Shown here: in pieces, positions 59,661 to 64,000 of the stretch
How the letters are laid out: every line of letters starts with the position of its first letter
How positions within the stretch are numbered: position 1 is the first letter of the stretch
IMG/VR virus record: IMGVR_UViG_2882707223_000001
Origin: an uncultured virus (IMG/VR IMGVR_UViG_2882707223_000001)
Lineage: Duplodnaviria; Heunggongvirae; Uroviricota; Caudoviricetes
Length of the DNA: 64,000 bases
Strand: one strand, 5' to 3'
Program-made: the position numbers and the translations under genes
Notes under the pieces: model-generated
What the model saw: the letters and a program-made list of their open reading frames with translations, nothing else
Told to the model about the DNA's origin: nothing
The model's database searches: none

Positions 59661-60068
59661 ATGCAGAGAAATTTTAGATCAACGGCAAAACCGCCCGATC
59701 CGAAGGTGGATCTGCTAATTTTCAAGAAAGCGCGGGAAATGATTGCATACGGAAATGACTGTTTGTATAACAAACAATTCCCGCGCAAGTATCGCGTTGG
59801 AAACGCGATCGGAGCGCAGATCGAAGGGGCGATGTACGACATTTTGGACGGACTGACAGAGGCGGCGACAAAGGAACATAAGAAAACAGCATTGACGCAG
59901 GTAGATCACAAAATACTGTATTTGCGGCAGCTTTTAATAACGGCGGTGGATCCAAAAATGAATACCGCCGCCGTTCTGATACCGCTTGACAGTCAAAGAA
60001 AGTGGTGTGAAATGTTGGAAGAAATGGGTAAAATTTTAGGTAGTTGGCTTAAAAAGCTAAATTCATAA
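59661..60068 (+). CDS. avd: DGR accessory variability determinant
   Basis: FPRKYR..G..I...EMGKILGSWLK four-helix-bundle pattern; lies between VR and TR. Confidence 0.88.
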   Translation: MQRNFRSTAKPPDPKVDLLIFKKAREMIAYGNDCLYNKQFPRKYRVGNAIGAQIEGAMYDILDGLTEAATKEHKKTALTQVDHKILYLRQLLITAVDPKMNTAAVLIPLDSQRKWCEMLEEMGKILGSWLKKLNS

Positions 60069-60094
60069 AGCAAACTATGGGGAATATGCCGTAA

Positions 60095-60209
60095 CGGTTG
60101 CTTATTCGTGGCGGTAATTATGGTAATGGCGGTAACGCAGGAGAGGCTCACGGCGTTTTCAGCAACCCGCGTTCTTTCTCCAATGTGTCTGTGGGGTTGT
60201 TTTCCGCTT
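60095..60209 (+). repeat. DGR template repeat (TR)
   Basis: AAT/AAC-containing copy of VR located between avd and RT. Confidence 0.93.
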
Positions 60210-60378
60210 TTCTCATATAGTCAGATTGTGCCGCAACACGCGGGCGGCGCAGCGTACAGAGAGAAGAAAAGGGGCATATTTCCCTGCCTGCAGGTGCGGG
60301 CAAAACAAAAATTTCCATGAATACGGTTAGTAGCGAAAGCAAAGGGCGTAACGCATGGAGTATTAAGGCAATAAAAAT

Positions 60379-61491
60379 ATGAAAAAATTTAATGTGACCT
60401 ATGAACAGATTACAAGCTATACAAATATTTATGCAGCTTATTTAGACGCGCGAAAAGGAAAAAGTGAACGCAATGAAATTATGCGCTTTTCCGTAGAACT
60501 TGACAGCCATTTAAACAGCTTATACAAGGAACTGGAGGAAAGGCGTTATAAAGTAAGCGGGTACAGACTTATTTATATTTATGTGCCAAAGAAACGGCTT
60601 ATTATGGCGTTGCAGTTTCGGGATCGCGTTCTGCAATGGGCTATTTATAGGGTACTCAATCCACTTTATGAGAAAACCTACATAAAAGACAGTTATGCTT
60701 GTATCAAGGACAGAGGCAGAGAAAAGGCGGCGGCAAGGCTGCAATATTGGTTACGGCAGGTAGGCAGAAAGCCGGTACAATACTATTACTTGAAACTTGA
60801 CATATCGAAATTCTTTTACCGAGTGGATCACGAAATACTGTTAGAGATTTTGAAACGCCGGATCAAGGATCCGAAACTAATAAACCTATTCAGTATAATT
60901 ATAAATTCGGAGAAAAGAGCCTTCGGGTTGCCGTTGGGCGTGGATCCTTGCGAGGTAGATCCGCGCGAAATGCTATTTGATAAGGGTATGCCGATCGGCA
61001 ATCTGACAAGTCAGATGTTTGCAAATATCTATATGAATGAATTGGATCAGTATATAAAGCATGAATTACGCCTAAAGTATTTGATCCGGTATGCAGATGA
61101 TACGGTTATTTTGGTGGAGAGCAAAGAAAAGGCACATTGGGCATTGGGGAAAATAGAAACTTTCCTGCTTGAAAAATTGAAGCTAAATCTTAACAGCAAA
61201 ACCGCCATAAGACCGGTAAGCTGCAATGTTGATTTTGTGGGATATGTGATAAACAAAGACGAAATAAGGCTAAGATCCGCGACAGTTAAAAGAATGAGAT
61301 CCCGCATAAAGTATATTGTAAAAGCATACGAGCGCGGCGAAATGACTTTAAAGGAAGTCAACGCAACCATGCAAAGTTATTTTGGTTTGCTAAAGCATTG
61401 CACAAACGTGGGATTGAAAGAAAACATTATAAACAGTTTTGCGCTACATTGCACCGATGCGGCGCGGGCTAAAGCACTGGAAAGCCGATAG
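60379..61491 (+). CDS. DGR reverse transcriptase
   Basis: FRDRVLQ, LKLDISKFF, GMPIGNLTSQMFAN, RYADD, VDFVGY. Confidence 0.95.
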   Translation: MKKFNVTYEQITSYTNIYAAYLDARKGKSERNEIMRFSVELDSHLNSLYKELEERRYKVSGYRLIYIYVPKKRLIMALQFRDRVLQWAIYRVLNPLYEKTYIKDSYACIKDRGREKAAARLQYWLRQVGRKPVQYYYLKLDISKFFYRVDHEILLEILKRRIKDPKLINLFSIIINSEKRAFGLPLGVDPCEVDPREMLFDKGMPIGNLTSQMFANIYMNELDQYIKHELRLKYLIRYADDTVILVESKEKAHWALGKIETFLLEKLKLNLNSKTAIRPVSCNVDFVGYVINKDEIRLRSATVKRMRSRIKYIVKAYERGEMTLKEVNATMQSYFGLLKHCTNVGLKENIINSFALHCTDAARAKALESR

Positions 61492-61525
61492 GCTTTATTT
61501 TTTTGCAAAGAAAAGGAGGCAGACA

Positions 61526-62080
61526 ATGAAAGAATTTTTTGTAGCAATGAGGACACCGGACGCGGCAGGCTTGAGCGTGTCGGCATTTTTTACGGCAGTA
61601 GCGGCGGCGTTGGGAAAGATACCGGTTATTTTAATCTTATTCATGGCGGCGGTTGCGATTGATTATTTGACCGGTTGGATTAAGGCAAAGTATTTCTTGC
61701 GGGATTGGAACTCTAAAACCGGATTGCAGGGCATCATCAAGAAAGTTATGTATTTCGTGATGATCGGAACCGCCTTTTTAATTGGGTGGGGCATTAAGGA
61801 AATGGGCGCGGGCGCAGGGCTGAATTTAGATTTTGCCCTGCTGATCGGTTGGTATGTTACCGCTGTTATGCTTGTGAATGAACTTACAAGCATTTTAGAA
61901 AACCTTTATGTAATCATGCCGGAGAAGGTGCCGGTTTGGTTGATAAAAACATTAAAGATTGCAGATGAAACGATCGAGGGAAAGATCAATGATTTGGTTT
62001 GCAAAAATCAGAATTGTGACACCTGCGAATTAAAGGATCGTTGCAATCTGAAAAAAGAGGGAGGCACAGATGAAAATTAA
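61526..62080 (+). CDS. Holin (phage holin 4 family)
   Basis: DYLTG...NSK.G..GIIKK...[11 protein letters not shown] helices. Confidence 0.88.
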   Translation: MKEFFVAMRTPDAAGLSVSAFFTAVAAALGKIPVILILFMAAVAIDYLTGWIKAKYFLRDWNSKTGLQGIIKKVMYFVMIGTAFLIGWGIKEMGAGAGLNLDFALLIGWYVTAVMLVNELTSILENLYVIMPEKVPVWLIKTLKIADETIEGKINDLVCKNQNCDTCELKDRCNLKKEGGTDEN

Positions 62081-63482
62081 CGAGTTGGCAGTAACGGCGG
62101 CGAGTATCATTTTTGACAATGAAGGCAGCTATGGCAGCGTGAATAAAAATGACAATGGGGCGGTTTCGGTCGGCAAGCTGCAATGGCATGGCGGCAGAGC
62201 CGCCGCCCTGCTTAAAAGGATCATAAACGCGGAGCCGGAAGCAGAAAGCATTTTAGGCGGCGCGCTTTATGGGGAAATTACCGGAGGCGCAAATTGGGCG
62301 GCGCGCATTGTCACCGCAGCAGAGGCGGCAAAGCTGAAAGCGATCTTGACAACCAAAGCGGGAAAGGCAGCGCAGGACGAGCAGGCGATCGCAGATGTGG
62401 AAAGTTACATTAAAAAAGGGCAAAGTTACGGATTAACCGATGCGGGCGCACTGATCTATTTCGCGGACGGCGTAAACCAGTACGGAACCGCCTCCGCATT
62501 ATGGGAAAAGATCGCGGCAGAGGCGTTAAAAGGCGCGGGCGATGTGCGGGCGATGTATGAGGCAACCACGAAAAACACAAACAAATACCTGACACGCCGC
62601 AAAAAGGTATATGAAAAGGTTGAGGCGATGCAGGAAAAGGAGGACACCATGACGGAAAAACAGTTAAGGGAAAAGGCAGTAAATACCGCGAAAGCATGGG
62701 AGGGCTGCAAAGAGAGCAACGGAACGCATAAAAAGATCATTGACCTTTACAATTCTGTAAAGCCCCTGCCGCGCGGGTATGCAGTAAAGTATAATGATGC
62801 GTGGTGCGCGACATTTGTTAGCGCGGTAGGTATCGCGGCGGGATTGTCAAAGGCGATCTTGCGTGAATGTGGGTGCGGCGCAATGATTGATCTCTATAAG
62901 GCGGCGGGGCGTTGGCAGGAAAATGATGCCTATGTGCCGAGTGCGGGCGATGTGGTATTTTATGACTGGCAGGACACCGGCAAGGGCGATAATACCGGCT
63001 ATCCGGATCACGTTGGTTTGGTGTGCGGCGTTTCCGGCAGCACTATTAAAGTGATCGAGGGAAATAAAAATGATGCGGTGGAATACCGCGATTTGCCGGT
63101 AAACGGCAGGTACATCAGGGGTTACGGATTGCCGGACTATAAAAGTATGGCAACGGCAGCAGAGCCGGAAAAACCGACAGCACCGGCAAAAAAGAGCGTT
63201 GCGGAAGTGGCGCGGGAAGTAAAAGCCGGAAAATGGGGTAACAATCCCGAAAGAAAGAAACAGTTAGAGGCGGCGGGCTACAATTACGCCGAAGTGCAGG
63301 CGGCGGTTAATGCCCTTATAAACGGATCCGGATCGGCACCGGAAACATACACCGTAAAGCAGGGCGATACGTTGAGCGCGATCGCAAGGAAATATAATAC
63401 AACGGTTGCCGCCCTTGCAAAGCTGAATAACATTAAAAATGTGAATGTTATCAATGCGGGGCAGGTTTTAAAGTTGAGATAA
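62070..63482 (+). CDS. Modular endolysin: lysozyme-like N-domain, CHAP, Cpl-7, LysM
   Basis: [26 protein letters not shown] and [18 protein letters not shown]...[17 protein letters not shown]. Confidence 0.9.
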   Translation: MKINELAVTAASIIFDNEGSYGSVNKNDNGAVSVGKLQWHGGRAAALLKRIINAEPEAESILGGALYGEITGGANWAARIVTAAEAAKLKAILTTKAGKAAQDEQAIADVESYIKKGQSYGLTDAGALIYFADGVNQYGTASALWEKIAAEALKGAGDVRAMYEATTKNTNKYLTRRKKVYEKVEAMQEKEDTMTEKQLREKAVNTAKAWEGCKESNGTHKKIIDLYNSVKPLPRGYAVKYNDAWCATFVSAVGIAAGLSKAILRECGCGAMIDLYKAAGRWQENDAYVPSAGDVVFYDWQDTGKGDNTGYPDHVGLVCGVSGSTIKVIEGNKNDAVEYRDLPVNGRYIRGYGLPDYKSMATAAEPEKPTAPAKKSVAEVAREVKAGKWGNNPERKKQLEAAGYNYAEVQAAVNALINGSGSAPETYTVKQGDTLSAIARKYNTTVAALAKLNNIKNVNVINAGQVLKLR

Positions 63483-63492
63483 GGAGGCACAC

Positions 63493-63768
63493 ATGGCAGA
63501 AAACAAGGCAAGCAAGGCGGCAGGAGAGGCGCAGGAACCGCCCAAAAAGGAAAAGACATATAAAGTTACCTGCGGTACATTTAAAGCCCGAAATGAGGCG
63601 TTACAGAGGGCGGCAGAGGCAAAAAGGGCGGGCGTTCATGTATCGCTGAAAATCTGCAAGACAGAGTATAGCCTGCTTTATGCGGAGGATATGACGAAAG
63701 CAGAGGCAGAGGCAGCAAGAAAGGCAATCGAGGCGAAAAAGGTAAATGCCGAGGTTTCCGAGCAGTAA
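63493..63768 (+). CDS. SPOR-like small protein
   Basis: YKVTCGTFKARNEA pattern. Confidence 0.6.
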   Translation: MAENKASKAAGEAQEPPKKEKTYKVTCGTFKARNEALQRAAEAKRAGVHVSLKICKTEYSLLYAEDMTKAEAEAARKAIEAKKVNAEVSEQ

Positions 63769-63790
63769 AGAAATTGTAAATGCAATGTTG

Positions 63791-63823
63791 GGGTATGGCG
63801 CAGGCTATACCCCTTTATTTTTT
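63791..63823 (+). terminator. Terminator of the lysis operon
   Basis: GGGGTATGGC-gcag-GCTATACCCC followed by a T-rich run. Confidence 0.8.
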
Positions 63824-63845
63824 GTGCGCGGAAATATTTTTTAAA

Positions 63846-63891
63846 ATATTACGCAATATGTATTGACATATTGCGTAATATGTAATATAAT
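63846..63891 (+). promoter_or_regulatory. Consensus sigma-A promoter overlapped by a perfect 16-bp inverted repeat
   Basis: TTGACA-17-TATAAT (63863-63891); ATATTACGCAATATGT-attg-ACATATTGCGTAATAT. Confidence 0.85.
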
Positions 63892-63923
63892 GAATATATC
63901 AAATGAAAGAGAGGTAAAACACC

Positions 63924-64000
63924 ATGAAACAGTTGTTAGAGAAATTAAAAGAGGCAGAGAGAAAAGCAGATGCAGCCGATCGGGAATATGAAAACGATCC
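63924..64000 (+). CDS. Partial hypothetical protein running off the window
   Basis: GAGGT RBS; MKQLLEKLKEAERK... Confidence 0.55.
   Translation, partial: MKQLLEKLKEAERKADAADREYEND

Larger units (their letters stand above)
24600..64000. mobile_element. Prophage 2 (contractile tail, HK97-type head), continuing past the window end
   Basis: Regulation, replication, packaging, head, tail, DGR and lysis genes in standard order; no integrase seen in the window. Confidence 0.92.

Noticed and set aside
60108..60320. 70-aa ORF over the TR
   Set aside because: Not in the VR-equivalent frame and no RBS; TR functions as RNA.
60379..61491. RT as a group II intron, retron or Abi RT
   Set aside because: The avd, TR/VR pair and GNLTSQ motif identify a DGR; no maturase or endonuclease domain.

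Overview
Clostridia/Lachnospiraceae-type DNA made almost entirely of three adjoining mobile elements. (1) 1-1420: two host genes. The second, an M23 peptidase, is cut just after its HxxxD motif by a serine-integrase prophage. (2) ~1420-17227, prophage 1 left arm: large serine recombinase, Fic, orphan HicB, CI/Cro switch, three antisense accessory genes sharing one promoter-leader cassette, and a Sak4/SSB/helicase/primase/RusA replication module that ends abruptly mid-gene. (3) ~17228-24600: a strongly AT-rich plasmid-like element with an HUH+SF3-helicase Rep (pCRESS-like), an iteron/hairpin origin and a tyrosine recombinase. Its 1.4 kb ORF-free interval holds a promoter/terminator-bounded ~180-nt sRNA, a ~660-nt extensively base-paired candidate large ncRNA and an array of TAATACGTATTA palindromes. 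A degenerate DEDDh-exonuclease-like gene follows. This is the best candidate for an undescribed system. (4) ~24600-64000, prophage 2: a myovirus-type phage with an HUH initiator plus a putative counter-transcript, three DNA methyltransferases, ParA/ParB, an HK97-type head, a contractile tail, a complete diversity-generating retroelement whose template repeat itself appears mutagenised, and a lysis module. All calls come from reading motifs by eye; no database searches were run.
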